Positions 35,601-51,260 of a stretch of DNA of 64,000 nt are shown in pieces. Numbering within the stretch: position 1 is the stretch's first letter; the number at the start of each line of letters is the position of its first letter. The position numbers were made by a program, and so were the translations under genes. The notes beneath the pieces are model-generated. The model was not told the origin of the DNA and searched no databases. It saw only the letters and a program-made list of their open reading frames with translations. Origin of the DNA: the human T2T-CHM13v2.0 reference genome, Homo sapiens; the NCBI RefSeq assembly GCF_009914755.1, contig NC_060947.1. One strand, given 5' to 3'.

Positions 35601-38045
35601 TGACCTTTGTGAATTTTATTATTAAATGCCTTAAGGTACTCTTCTTTGGGTTAAAACTGCTCAGTGTTCCATAACTTTCTTATACTTGGATATTGATATT
35701 TTCCTCTAAGTTTGCAAAATTCTCCGATATTATTCCTCTGTGTATACTTTCTACTCCTCTCTTTCTCTGCCTCCTCTTTAAGGCCAATAACTCTTAGATT
35801 TGCCATATTGAGGGTATTTTCTTGACTTTGTAGGCATGCTTCATTCTTTGTATTCTTTTTCACCTCCTCTTACTATGTGTTTTCAAATAGCCTTCTTCAA
35901 TGTGTCAATTCCATTTTTAACTCTATATTTTCTACCTGATTATTTTTAATTATTTTGATCTCTTTGTAAATTTAACTGGTAGAATTCTGAATTGCCTCTC
36001 TGTGTTATCTTGAATTTCTCTGAGTTTCCTCAAAATAGCTATTTTGTATTCTTTTACTGATAGGTCATACATTTCTATTTCTCCAGAATTGGTCCTCGGT
36101 GCCTTATTTGTTCATTTGGTGAGGTCATGTTTTCTTGGATGGTGTTGATGCTTGTAGATGTTCATCAGTGTCTGGGTATTGAAGAGTTAGGTATTTATTG
36201 TAGTCTTCAACATTTGGGCTAGTTTGTGCCTGTTCTTCTTGTGAAGACTTTCCAGGCAATCAAAGACACTAGGGATCCGTGTCCAATAACACTGTGGTTT
36301 TTGCAGACTCGTAGAGGTACCACTTTGGTGGTCTTGTATAAGATTCAGAAGAATTCTCTGGATTACCAGGCAGTGATTCTTATTCTTTTTTCTTACTTTC
36401 TCCCAAGGAAACAGTCTTCCCCTCTGTGCTGAACCATCTGGAACTGGAGGTATAGTGATGCAAGATACCTGTGGCCATCAGCTGGGACTTTGCTGGGCCA
36501 GACCTGAAGCTAGAACAACACTGTTTCTTGCACAAGGCCCTTCCTTTCATGGTGGTGAGTTTCCCCAGCCCACAGTCATGGCCAGAGATGCTGTCTGGGA
36601 GCCAGAAATTGTAGTAGAAAAACCTTAGAAATTTACTCTATGTTCTATTCTACTACAGTTAAGCTGGCACTGAAACCACAATACAAAGTCCTTCCTACTC
36701 TTTTCTCCCCTTTCCAAAGGCATAGTAGCCTCTTTCTGTGGCCACCACCATCACTCATCCACAGATTGTTGTGCCAGGCCTCCACTGGTATTCACTAAAA
36801 TCCCCAAAGCCCTTCTGTCAGCTTGTGGTGAGTGCTGCCAGTCCTTGGACTCAACCTGTAAGCAAATGAGCTCCTGCATAGCCCAGGTCATGTCCAGAAA
36901 TGCTGCCCAAGTGCCTATCCCTGGACTTGAGTACCCCAGGATCCTGCTTGCTGTTCTTCCCCACTGTGGCTCAGCTGGTACCTAAGGTATAAGACAAAGT
37001 CCCCTTTACTTTTCCTTATTTTTCTCAAACAGAAGTCTTTCACTGTCACCACCAGATTTGGGAATGTGGATGGTAACACCTGAAGCCAGCACATCTAAAG
37101 CCCAAGGCCCATGTCATATACCCTGGGTTTTGCTACTGGTTGTACAAGTCCCAAGGGCTCCTTGGTCATCAGGTAATAAATCCTGCCAGGACTGTGTCCT
37201 TTTCTTTAGGGGAGTAAGTTCCCTTTTGGCCCAGGATTTGTCTAGAAATGTCTGTGATCTAGGGCCTGGAATGTGTCCTCAAAACTCTGCTTGGTGACTT
37301 ATCCTATTGTGGCTGAGCTGGTATTTAACATGCAAGACAAAGTCCTCTTTACTCTTCACTCCCCTCTCCCTAATCAGAAGGATGGAGTCACTTTCATTGC
37401 TGTGTGCTTTACTGCCTGGTTTGGGGGGAAGAATGGCTCAAACAATCCCTTATCCATACCAGCTGGTATGTCCCTAGATCATGGGCCACTCTAGTTCATT
37501 GGCTCTAGGCCTAGCTTAGCACTAGGAGTTGCTTACATATTGCAGTCCTTGTGTCCTAGACTATCTTTCAAGTTTAACTAGGGCCACAGAGCACTTCAGC
37601 CTGTAGTGGCAAGGCTTGCCAAGAAACTTAAGTTCTGGCCACAAGCATGGGCTATTCCCCACTGGCTAGGTCTGGTCCAAATGTTCCCTTCATGCATGGG
37701 CCCTGGCTGAGTCTGGCATGGCTTTATTCTTCACTGTGACTGGGCAGCACTGAGTCCTATGTAAAATCCCCCAGTTGCTGCACTCTCCCTCCCCAAAGCG
37801 CATAGATTCTCTCTTCCTGCCACATGGCCACTTCTAAGGGATTGCAATGCCATTGGCAATTCAACCATCTCTCCTGCCCTCCTCAATGTCTCTTTTAGTA
37901 ATATAAAGTTAAAACCAGGTACTGTGATTGCTCACTTAATTTTTGATTCCTGTGACAGTGCTTTCTTGTGTGTTGATAGTTGTAAAAATTTAGTTTTACA
38001 GTGGAAGGTACGAATGATATAGGCTTCTATTCTGCCATCTTGCTT
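32665..38045 (-). mobile_element. L1MA (L1MA2/3-like) with intact 5' end, large internal ORF2 deletion at ~34293 and missing 3' terminus
   Basis: Reverse 3' UTR from ctggtaaccat, ORF2 C-terminal part, abrupt jump to endonuclease region, ORF1, 5' UTR ending ggcttctattctgccatcttgct. Confidence 0.85.
32708..32808. repeat. T-rich minisatellite (ttgttttgatttttaga variants)
   Basis: Tandem expansion of a short L1MA 3' UTR motif, read directly. Confidence 0.85.
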
Positions 38046-38069
38046 TACTCTCATAATTATACTTTTAAT

Positions 38070-39420
38070 ATAGTCTAACAGTAGATGCTAACATGATGAT
38101 GGAGACATCAGCTAGATGCCAGAATGGAAAGTCCCAGTCATCATTCCTTTAGAGATACTGACTTAACAACAATATATACAATAACTGTATCCCAGGTTAA
38201 CACAAAGCCTAGAAATGTTGAGACAGGTAACAAGAATCATTTTGCTTTACCATAATTGTTTCTCCCCAAGGTGACATACCTCAACTTAACTCCTGACTTT
38301 CTTTTCCTCTGGAGGCAGACGTCGTGAGAAAAGTGGAACATGCATTCAATATTCTGACTTTTGTGGGACTACCCAATATACTTTTTTTTCTTGCATGACT
38401 TGGAGTGCTAATGGAAATGTCATGATTTGGATGGCTAGGAGTCATTAACAGAAAGGGAGCATGGAAGTAATTCTCTCTAGCACCAGAGGTTCTGCAATAC
38501 TGTAGACAGAGGCTGTCAGAGCTTGGCACAATTATAAAAATGTTTCTTAGCCATGGCATTCCCCACAAGGAGAGAGAAGAGTGAAGCATGCATCCCGAGT
38601 TCCAGCTTTTTTGAGAGAAGCCTAAAGGACTGGTATCTGTCTCACTATATTTGGGGCACAGATGTGGAACTTGCATACCTTGGATGTCTGGGTTCCACTT
38701 AGAACAAAGGAAAGTAGTGTCGCAGTAACTGTAGTGTTAGATACAGACACCAGAGGGAGCTAGAGATTTATAAACAGTGAAAAAAGAAATCAGGAAGCCT
38801 CTCTAATTGGGAAATTACACGCAAAAACCCAGAAAAATTGTATCCCTCCAAAAGGTTTCATAGGCACTCAGAATCTCTAGCCAGGTGATTGGTGAAGATA
38901 TTCTCCTGTATTAAGCCAGTCTGTAGATACCAAAAGATGATTTTTTAACAAATGCACAAAATTCAGGAAAAAATTATAAGGCACATTAAAAATGGAAGTA
39001 TGCCTCAGGGAAAGGAAACAATAAATCACTAGATATCCCCCCCCAATGGAGAACTATGGATTACCTGAAAATATTCAAAATAATTGTCTTAAAGTAGTTC
39101 AATGATCTATATGATAACACAGGTAGACAATAAAAGAAAATTGGGAAAACAATGAATGTACAAAATGAGAATATCAAAAGACGTAAACTATAAAAAAGAA
39201 TCATAGAAATTCTGAAGCTGAAGAATGCAATAACTGGATTAAAAAATTTACTATAAAGGCTCAACATCAGACTTGATCAAGCATAAGAAAGAATCAGTAA
39301 ACTTGAGGATCAGTCAATTTTGATTATCTAGTCAGAACAGAAAAAAAAAGAATGAATACAAATAGAAAAAGCCTAAGGGTCTTACAGGTCACACCATCAA
39401 GCATACCAATATATGCATGA
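38070..39420 (+). mobile_element. Old L1 (L1M) 5' UTR and ORF1 fragment
   Basis: ORF1-like A-rich sequence ~39000-39420 (gaaattctgaagctgaagaatgcaataact...gaaagaatcagtaaacttgagga) preceded by a 5' UTR-like region. Confidence 0.7.
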
Positions 39421-41605
<2,185 letters not shown>

Positions 41606-41790
41606 TGTCTAGAATAGAATTTTAATGTTCTTGCCACAAAAAAGTGAAAAATTAGTGAGATGGAAAGATTACTTTGAATCGTTCTATAATGTGTACACAG
41701 ATCAAAACGTCATATTGTACTACATAAATATACATAATTATTATTTGCCAATTATAAATAAATGAATACAATTGAAAAATGCTAAAAAAA
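41606..41790 (+). mobile_element. L1MA 3' UTR fragment
   Basis: aatgttcttgccacaaa...ataaatatacataattattatttgccaatt followed by an A-rich tract. Confidence 0.6.
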
Positions 41791-44575
41791 AAGAAAATTT
41801 CTGACCAATATTTCTGATACCAAAAATCTCCTCAAAATGTTAGCAAATTGAATTCAACAGAAATTTTAAAGATTACATACTGCGATTGAATGGGATTTAC
41901 CTCTGGAATACATGGATTTATTATTATGATTATTATACTTTAAGTTCTAGGATACATGTGCAACACAACGTGGAGGTTTGTTACATAGGTATACATGTGC
42001 CATGTTTGTTTGCTGCACCCATCAACTCGTCATTTACATTATGCATTTCTCCTAATGCTATGCCTCTCCTAGCCCCCCACCCCCCTACAGGCCTCGGTGT
42101 GTGATATTCTCCACCCTGTGTCCATGTGTTCTCATTGTTCTGCTCCCAGCTATGAGTGAGAACATGTGGTGTTTGGTTTTTGGTCCTTGTGATAGTTTGC
42201 TGAGAATGATGGTTACTGGTTAGTACTTGGATGGGAGGCATGGATGTTTTAACATAAGAAAATCAATCAAAGTACTGACCACATTCATGAGATTAAAAAA
42301 AAATGATCATCTTAATTGATGCCGAGAAAGCATTCAACAAAATTCAACACTCTTTCATGATTTTAAAAAACAGAACCAGCTAGGAATAGAAGAAAATTAC
42401 CTAAACATAATAATGATCATATGCAAAAAGTCCACAGTTAACATCATACTCAGTGGTGAAAAACTGAAAGCTTTTTCTCCAAGTTGAGGAAAAAGGCAAT
42501 GATGCCTTCTCTTACCATTCCATTCATCATCATACTAGAAGCCATAGCCAGAGTAATTACGCAGCAAATAGACATAAAAGGCATAAAAATTTAAATGACA
42601 GAAATAAGATTATCTGTTTTGCATATGATACACTCTTATATGTAGAAACCTTAAATATTCCACAAAATACTCTGTTAGAACTAATAAACAAATTCAGCAA
42701 AGTTGCAGGAACAAAATCAACATTGAAAAATTAATTATGTTTCTCTATAGTAACAATAAGCAATCCAAATAGAAAATTCAGAAAATAATTTCACCTACAA
42801 TAGCATCAAAAAAACACCTGTATGTAGAAATAAACTTAACTAAGAAGCAAAAGACTTATACACCAAAAACTACAAAACATTGCTGAAAGAATTTACAGAA
42901 GGCACAAATAAATAAAAATACATCCTGTATTCATGGATTAGATAACTTAATATTGTTAAAATGTCCATCTTACCTATAGCAATCTACAGATTCAATGCAA
43001 TACTTGTAAAATCACGATGGCATTTCCTTTTGCAGAAATAGATAAAAAGTCATCCTAAAATTCGTATGCATTCTCAGATGACTTAAAATAACCAAAGCAA
43101 TCTTGGGAAAAAAGAACAAAGCCAGAGCTGAGATTACACACTTCCTTATTTCAAAACATATTACAAAGTTACACTAATCAAGAGTGTGTTACTGGCCTAA
43201 AGACAGACATAAAAATTCATGCTACAGCATAGAAAGACCAGAAATAAACTCACACATATATGGGCAACTGATCTTCAACAGGAATGCCAATACCCAATGG
43301 GGAAAGGATAGTCTCTTCAACAAATAGCATTGGGAAAGCTATATCCACATTCAAAAGAATAAAATTTGACCCTCTTCTTACATTATATAAAAAATGAACT
43401 CAAAATCGATTAAAGACCTAAGTATAAGACCTGAAACTGTAAGACTAGAAAAAAAAAATTTAGGAAAAGATTTAAGACATTGGAATGGGCAATGACTTCA
43501 ATGTGACAACAAAAGCAGAATAACAAAAACAAAAATAGACAAATAGAAATAACTCTCACTTAAAAACTTCTATGCAGAAAAAGAAACAAGTAAAAAGACA
43601 ACCTACAGAATGGAAGTAAATGTTTGCCAACTGTGTATTGTATTAGGCGTTAATAATGAAAGTATAAAAAGAATTCTCATAGCTCAACAACAGCAACAAA
43701 ATAACCTTATTAAAAATGGGCAAAGAACTTGAGTAGATATTTTTCCAAAGATGAGATATAAATGGTCAACAAGTACATGAAAAGATACTCAACATCATTA
43801 ATTATCAGTGAAATGTAAATCAAAGCTACAATGAGATATTATCTCACATCTGTTAAGGTAGTTAGTATTAAAAAAAAAAACCAGAAAGCAGCAAGTGTTG
43901 GTAAGGTTGTGAAGAAATTAGAAACCTTGTGCACTCTTGGTAGCATTGTAAAATCATGGAGTACACTACGAAGGTTCCTCAAAAAATTAAAATAGAACTA
44001 ACATATGATCCAGAAATTCTACTTCTTATAATCTTTCCAAAAAAATTGAAAACAGAATCTTGAAGACACTTTGCACACCCGTGTTCATTACAGCATTACT
44101 CATAGTAGCTGAGATGTTGAAGCAACCTAAATGTCCATTGATGAGCCTAAATGTCTATTCATAGATGAATGGATAAAAAATGTGGTATATACAATATACA
44201 TACAATGGAATACTATTCAGCCTTAAAAAGAAGGACTTTCTATCATATTTTACAATACAGATGAAGCTTGAGGACAACATTATGTTATATGAAATAAGCC
44301 AATCACAAAAGACAAATACCACATGCTTCCACTTTATGAAGTATCTAAATTTATCAAAGTCATAGAAACAGAGAGTAGTTTCCAGGATGATTGCCATGGG
44401 CCAGAGGGAGAGAGAAATGGGGGCTGTTCAGTCAGTATAGAGTTTTCATCATGCGAGATGAAAAAGTTTTAGAAACTTGTTGTACAACAATTTGTATATA
44501 GTTAAAAGTCCTGTAATTTACACCTAAAAGTTGTTAAGAGGGTAAAATTATAGTATATGGTTTCTACCACAAAAA
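41791..44575 (+). mobile_element. L1MB-like LINE, ORF2 3' half and 3' UTR
   Basis: Continuous decayed RT and C-terminal ORF2 sequence; 3' UTR gtatagagttttc...gatgaaaaagttttagaaac...gttaagagggtaaa. Confidence 0.82.
41920..42215 (-). mobile_element. Short L1PA (L1PA6/7-like) 3' fragment
   Basis: ttatactttaagttctaggatacatgtgca...gctgcacccatcaactcgtcatttacatta. Confidence 0.88.
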
Positions 44576-44779
44576 CTTGAGAGACAATTTTTCATTGTCT
44601 CTCAAGCAAAACTGTTAGTACATGGCACATAGTAAATACTCAATAAAACAAATAAAAACACAACATGATTTTTATTCACTCAAAACAAACTGATTATAAA
44701 ATCTTTAGAAAATGCATGTGCAAAAATATTCATAAATACACAGGAAAAGCATAGTAATAAGGGGAAAATAAACACAAAT

Positions 44780-47700
44780 CTAAGACAATGTGGTATTGGC
44801 CAATGAAATGGTAGGCTTGACACTGGCACAAAATAGAATATGGAAGCAGTCAAATACATACAGAAATATAATATTTTAAAATCTGTCATTCATAGAAACA
44901 GAGAAAATTGAATTATTTACAAGTAGTTTGGAACAAATGGATAGTCATCATAAAGAAAATAAAGTTAGATTCTGACAATTTGCTCCTTTGAATAAAATAT
45001 ATTCCAAAAATAATAAAGGATTTAAACATAAAAATAAAAACCCAAAGGCATTAGAACACATGAAAGAATAGTCTCATAATCTTAGTGTGGGGATGATATT
45101 TCTAAGCATGTCACAAATTCTAGAAGCCATTTTTTAAAAAGCTAAATAAATTTAACTAACATAAAATTACAAAAACATGCATGGCTCTAAATACTCACCA
45201 CAAATGAAATAAAAAGACAAATCATAATCTGCATAAACTGTTTAAAATATTAAATTTATATTAGTCAAAAGCCTAATTTTTGTTAACACACAAAAAGATT
45301 TTACAAATAAATAAGTAAAAGGTAGATAACCTAACAGGAATACTGGAAGACTTATGTAGGCAGTTGAAAGAAATGGAAATACAAATGTCTTTTTAAAATA
45401 TTAAAAGATGAACATTCTTCAACAGACGGTACTAGATAAATTGGATATCCCCATGGCAATAGTGTATTTTGAATCCTACCTGACATTATAAATATAAAAT
45501 ATAAATATAAAATATCAATTGCAGATCGGTTGCAGACCTAAAAGTGAGAAGTATTAAAATACTTTGTGTAGAGAAAGACATGGGGAATCTTTGAAACCTC
45601 GGAGTTGGCAAATATTTGTTAAATAGGGCATAAAATATAAAACGTTAACTACAAAAAAAATCAAACAACAAATTGAATCCTATTTTAATTGAGAAAATTT
45701 GTTCACCAAAAGATGCCATCAAGAAGGTGAAAAAGTAAGCCACAGTGGGAGACATTATTTGGTACATATAGCAACTTTTACATACATCTGAGTATATTTG
45801 TATCTAGAAGATATTAAAATTTCCTGGGAATCAATAAAAAGTAAAGATGTTTAATTTAATTTAAAAATGTGCAAAACACTTTAAATGGACACTTCACAAT
45901 AGAGGATAAGCAATGGTCAATAAATATATGAAAAGTGCTCCAAGTTTATTAGCCATTAGAAAAATGCAAACTAAATACAATGTGATGTAATTTATACAAA
46001 TAGGACAACCTTTTGTATAAATTGTTCAGTAAAACAAATAAACAAAACCCCCCTCAAAACCTAAGCTGATGAATAGTTTGTATAGTTGGCTACTATCTGT
46101 TTATAAACAGATATACATACACACACACACACACACATATATACACACAAACACATACACATACCTACCCACCAAATGAGTAAAAAGAAAAAGATGGAAA
46201 AACAGTGTTGTCAAGAATCTGTAGCAAATGAAGCTCTCATGTTCTTCTGATGGAAGTATAAATTTGTGCAACTGTTTTATAAAGGTGTTTGGCAATATCT
46301 ATATAAAACAACATGAATGAACTTTGCAAACATAATATTAAGTAAAAGAAGCCATTTACAAAATAGTATATAATTTATGATTCCATTTATATAAAGTGCA
46401 AAAAAATATTATGTTAGTGGTCAGAAGGGTAATTACCCTTGGTGGGGGGTAGTAACTGAGAGGGAGCATGAATGGTGCTTCTGGGCCACTGGCAATGTTA
46501 TGATTATTGATCTGAATGCTAGATTCATGAAAAAGTTGAATTTACTAAAAATATTGAGCTGTACACTTACGATGTGTTCAGTTTCTTGAAATCTATCATA
46601 TTTTAATATTGTGTTTAAAATGGTGATAGAAACTTTGATATATTGAGGGTGGTAATATGCAGAGAGGATATATGTTGGTAACAGCAATAAAAAAATTGAA
46701 TCTTTACTCCTAAGAAAAATGTAAATTTAAGCTACAATATGAAGTTTATATTAAGTTTAACCTATCAAATTGGCCTAGATGAGTATATCGGTAGCATATT
46801 TATTAGTAAAATTTGTGGAAATAGGTATTCTCATACACAAGCAAAGGAAAGTAAGCCAGTGCAATTCTTATGAACAACAACTTAGCAATAATATACATAA
46901 TCTTTTCCTTATTCATTTCAGTTCTAGGAGTTCATTCTAAGTTTATGCTGGCATATGTGATCAACAATATTTATGAAAGGGTGTCTATTTCAGCATTATT
47001 TATTATAGCAAAAGACAGAAAACAACCCACATACCTATTTTAAAAGGAATGTTATAACAAATTATGCAATATTTTTTACAATGTAAGACATTGTATCTGT
47101 TACAAAGAATGAGGCAGCTTTTTATAAGCTAATATGGGAAGGATGACCTGTATAAATTAAGTAAAATAAACAAACAAAAACCCTACAAAACTGAAGCTCA
47201 TGAACAGTGTGTATAGTTTCTTACCATTTGTTTATAAAGATATATATATATACACACACAAATACACACACAGACATATACATGAACACACTAACATTCT
47301 ATATATACTGTAGAAGGAATATCACTGGAAATTGATACAGGGAACTAGTCATAATATTTACTCTGTGGAGAGTAATTGGATATCTCTGTGGCATGAGAGG
47401 TTGACTTATTTTTACAGTATAGCCTTTTAATTTTTACAGTTTGTATTTTTAAACGAAGTTTGTGTACTATATATTTAAAATTATTATGCAAATAAGATAA
47501 CCTCATAATTAATAAATTGAATTACAAAATAAATACAGTTGAAAATGAATTAATGGCTTAGAAGAATTAGCATTTGGGGTCTCTCAGAAGGAAGTGCAAA
47601 AGGTCAAGGAAAAGAAAAGTTATAGAAAAAGTTAAACACATTGAGGTTCAACTTGGAAGTTCCAACATCTATTACAAAGAAATACCAGAATGAAAAAAAT

Positions 47701-48700
47701 GACCAATGACATAATAGAAGATAATTTTATGAGACGAATAAAGCCTGGAGGATTCGCCTTGAAAGGGCCAACAAAATGCAGAGGAGGAATAATTAAAGAA
47801 GACATTGAGGTATTAAAACACACCTTAGAAAAATTTCTGGATGTCAACACTTAAAAGTTCCAAAGAGAAACAAGTATGATACCTACAAAAGAACAAAATT
47901 CAGATAGACAGCTGAAACATTAAATACTAGGAGACAGTGAATCAAGATAAAAGTTTCAAAGGAAACTATTTGAAACCTTTAGGTTTATGTGGAGACAATG
48001 AATACATATATGAATTTAACGGAAAGTTTTTGAGTTATGTGTTATGATTTTGGCATGATGAAGAGACTCCCAACAGGACAAAAATCCCCTAAATCATAAA
48101 AAATTTATTGCAAGACAATCAATAACAAAGTGACAAAAATATTTACAATGCTTATAAAATAAAACTGATTAAGGTCTATATCATCTAAATAAATTCTGTA
48201 TTGTTTAGATTTGGAAATGACCAATTATATTAGAAAATGTTCAATAATCCAATAGAAAAACAGGAAAAGCCATTTCCAAGAAAAAGTAATATAAATGACC
48301 AATGAACACATAAAAGATGCTTACCTACATTAGTAATCAGGGAAATGCAAATTACATACATGATGAATTTTTTTTACATATTGGATTTGAAAATCAAACA
48401 GATTATTAATATACAGCGTAGATGAGGATGCAGGAGAAAGGAGCTGTATTATATATTGTTTGTGGGGAACAGGCATGATTCTATATAAATTTAATAATTG
48501 GTATGGCACTAAACAAATTTAATAATTGGTATGGTACTGGCTCTGATCAATAATGGACACTGCTCAGTGCACTCCATCAGTATATACCAGTGGAATATCA
48601 GTCCTGTGTGAAATAGTAAATTGGTAGAACACTTTACTGGAGAGGAATTTGTGACCCATTGACACAAAAATTTACGTTTAGGAGTCTATCCTACAGAAAT
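44780..48700 (+). mobile_element. Cluster of ancient L1ME/L1MC fragments
   Basis: Several highly decayed ORF2 C-terminal and 3' UTR motifs (attccatttatataaagt; tagtaatcagggaaatgcaaatt) and an ORF1-like piece ~47560-47980; internal boundaries unresolved. Confidence 0.6.
48470..48606 (+). mobile_element. Small hAT-like DNA transposon (MamRep1894-like)
   Basis: Terminal inverted ends caggcatgatt...aatatcagtcctg; internal 24-nt direct duplication at 48487 and 48515. Confidence 0.55.
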
Positions 48701-48708
48701 ACTTACAT

Positions 48709-48838
48709 GTGAGAAATTACTTAATGGGTACACTATTTGGGTGATTGTTAGATAAAAAAGCCCAGACCTCACCACTTCACAATATATCCATATATGAAAA
48801 CTGCACTTGTACTTTCTAAATTTATAAAAGTAAAAAAG
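48709..48838 (+). mobile_element. L1PB 3' terminal fragment
   Basis: gagaaattacttaatgggtacactatttgggtga...aaaagcccagacctcaccac...aaaactgcacttgtac. Confidence 0.8.
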
Positions 48839-48839
48839 A

Positions 48840-48922
48840 CATGTGTATGTATGTGTACATATGTATAATATGTGTATGTGTATATATGTATGTGTATGTG
48901 TGTATACATAGATATACATACA
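48840..48922. repeat. (TATG/TG)n low-complexity repeat
   Basis: Read directly. Confidence 0.85.
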
Positions 48923-48974
48923 CAAGACATTAAAACTTCTGTGAAAAACATTCATATATGCTTGTTGCAGATTT

Positions 48975-49170
48975 TTAAACTTATTTTTAATATTTGTGGG
49001 TACATAGTAGGCGTATATGTTTATGGGATATATGGGATATTTTGATACAGGCATACGGTGTGGAATAGTCACATCAGGGTTAATGAGGTATCCATTACCT
49101 CATGCATTTGTTTTTTGTGTTACAAGCAATGCAATTATACTCCTCTAGTAATTTTTAAATGTAGAATTAA
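48975..49170 (-). mobile_element. L1MA2/3-like 3' terminal fragment
   Basis: tttgtgggtacatagtaggcgtatatgtttatggg...ttttgatacaggcat. Confidence 0.82.
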
Positions 49171-49349
49171 TCCACAATAATCAAGTAGGCTTTATTCTTG
49201 GGATGCAAGGTTGTTTCAACATAGGCAAATCAATAAATGTGATTCATTATATAAATAGAACTAAAAACAAAAACCACATCATCATCTCAATTGACACAGA
49301 AAAGGCTTTCAATAAAACTCAATATTATTTCATGTTAAAAAATCCTCAA

Positions 49350-51260
49350 TATTTACTGATTTGCATATGTTGAACTAAACTCACATCCAAGGGATAAAGC
49401 CTACTTGATCGTAGTAGATAAGTTTTTTGATGTGCTGCTGCATTTGGTATGACAATATTTTGCTGAGGATTTTTGGATTGTTGCTCATCAAGGGTATCAG
49501 TCTGAAGTTTTACGTTGCTGTTGTTGTATCTCTTCCAGGTTTCGGTATTAGGATGATGCTGACCCAACAGAATAAGTTAGGGAGGGTTCCCCCCTCCTCA
49601 ATTCTTTGAAATAGTTTCAGCAAAAATGGTATCAGCTCTTCTTTGTACATCTGGTAGAATTCAGTCATAAATACATCTGGTCCTGCGCTTTTTTTTTTTT
49701 TTGATTGGTAGACTACTTATTACTGATTCAATTTCAGAGCTCATTAATGGTCTGTTCAGGGATTCAATTTCTTCCCATTTCAATCTTGGCAGGATGTATG
49801 TGTCCAGGAATTTATTCATTTCTTTTAGATTTTCTAGTTTATGTGTATAGAAGTGTTCATAATATTCTCTGATGGTTCTTTGTATGTCTTTGGGATCAGA
49901 AACTATCAACAGAGTGAACAGATAACCTACAGAATGGGAGAAAAATTTTGCAAACTATGCATCTGACAAAGTTCTAATATCCAGCATCTATAAAATATTT
50001 AAACAAATTTACAAGAGAAAAATGAACAACCCCATTACAAAGTGGGCAAAGGATATCAACAGATAATTTTCAAAAGAAGACATACTTGTGGCCAACAAGC
50101 ATATAAAAAAAGCTCAACATCACTGATCATTAGAGAAATGCAAATCAACACTGCAATGAGATGCCATCTCACACCAGTCAGAATGGCTATTATTAGAAAG
50201 TCAAAAAATAACATGCTGGTGAGGTTGTGGAGAAAAAGGAATGCTTATACACTGTTGGGAGTGTAAATTACTTCAACTATTGTGGAAGACAGTGTGGCAA
50301 TTCTTCAAAGACCTAAGAACAGAAATACCATTCTACCTAGCAATCCCATTACTGGGTATAGACCTAAAGGAATATAAACCATGCTATCGTAAAAACATAT
50401 GCATGCATATGTTCATTGCAGTACTTTTCACAATAGCAAAGACATGGAATCAATCCAAATGCTCACCAATGATAGACTGGATAAAGAAAATGCAGTATAT
50501 GTACACCATGGAATATATTTTTTAATTATACTTTAAGTTTTGGGGTACATGTGCAGAATGTGCAGGATTTTACATAGGTATACATGTGCCATGGTGGTTT
50601 GCTGCACCCATCAACCCGTCATCTATATTAGATATTTCTCGTAATGCCATCCCTCCCCTAGCACCCCACCCACCGACAGGCCCCAGAGTGTGTGATGTTC
50701 CCCTCCATGTGTCCATGTGTTCTCATTGTTAAACTCCCACTTACGAGTGAGAACATGTGGTGTTTGGTTTTCTGTTCCTGTGTTAGTTTGCTGAGAATGA
50801 TGGTTTCCAGCTTCATTTATGTCCCTGCGAAGGACATTAACTCATCCTTTTTTATGGCTGCATAGTATTACACCATGGAATATTATACAGCCATTAAAAA
50901 TAAAATCATGTCTTTTGCAGAACATGGATGGAGCTGGAGGCCATTATACTTAGAAAACCAATGCAGGAACAGAAAAGCAAATACCTCCTGTTCTCACTTA
51001 TAAGAGGGAGCTAAATGAGGAGAACACATGGAAACATAGAGGGAACAACACATAATGGAGCATATCAGAGGGTGGAAGGTGGGAAGAGGAAGAGGATCAG
51101 AAAAACAACTATTGGATACTAGGCTTAATACCTGGGTGATGAATTAATCTGTAAAACAAACACCCATGACAAAGTTTACCTATGTAACAAGCCTGCACAT
51201 GTACCCCTGAAGTTAAAATAAAAGTTAAATAAAATAAATATAAAAACAACAACAACAAAA
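49350..51260 (+). mobile_element. L1PA (PA10-13-like) with inverted 5' segment (minus 49350-49890, plus 49893-51260)
   Basis: Strand switch at ~49892; 3' UTR ending gtacccctgaagttaaaataaaagtt plus A-rich tail. Confidence 0.8.
50517..50868 (-). mobile_element. Short L1PA7/8-like 3' fragment with 15-bp TSD
   Basis: Exact TSD tacaccatggaatat at 50502-50516 and 50869-50883. Confidence 0.9.
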
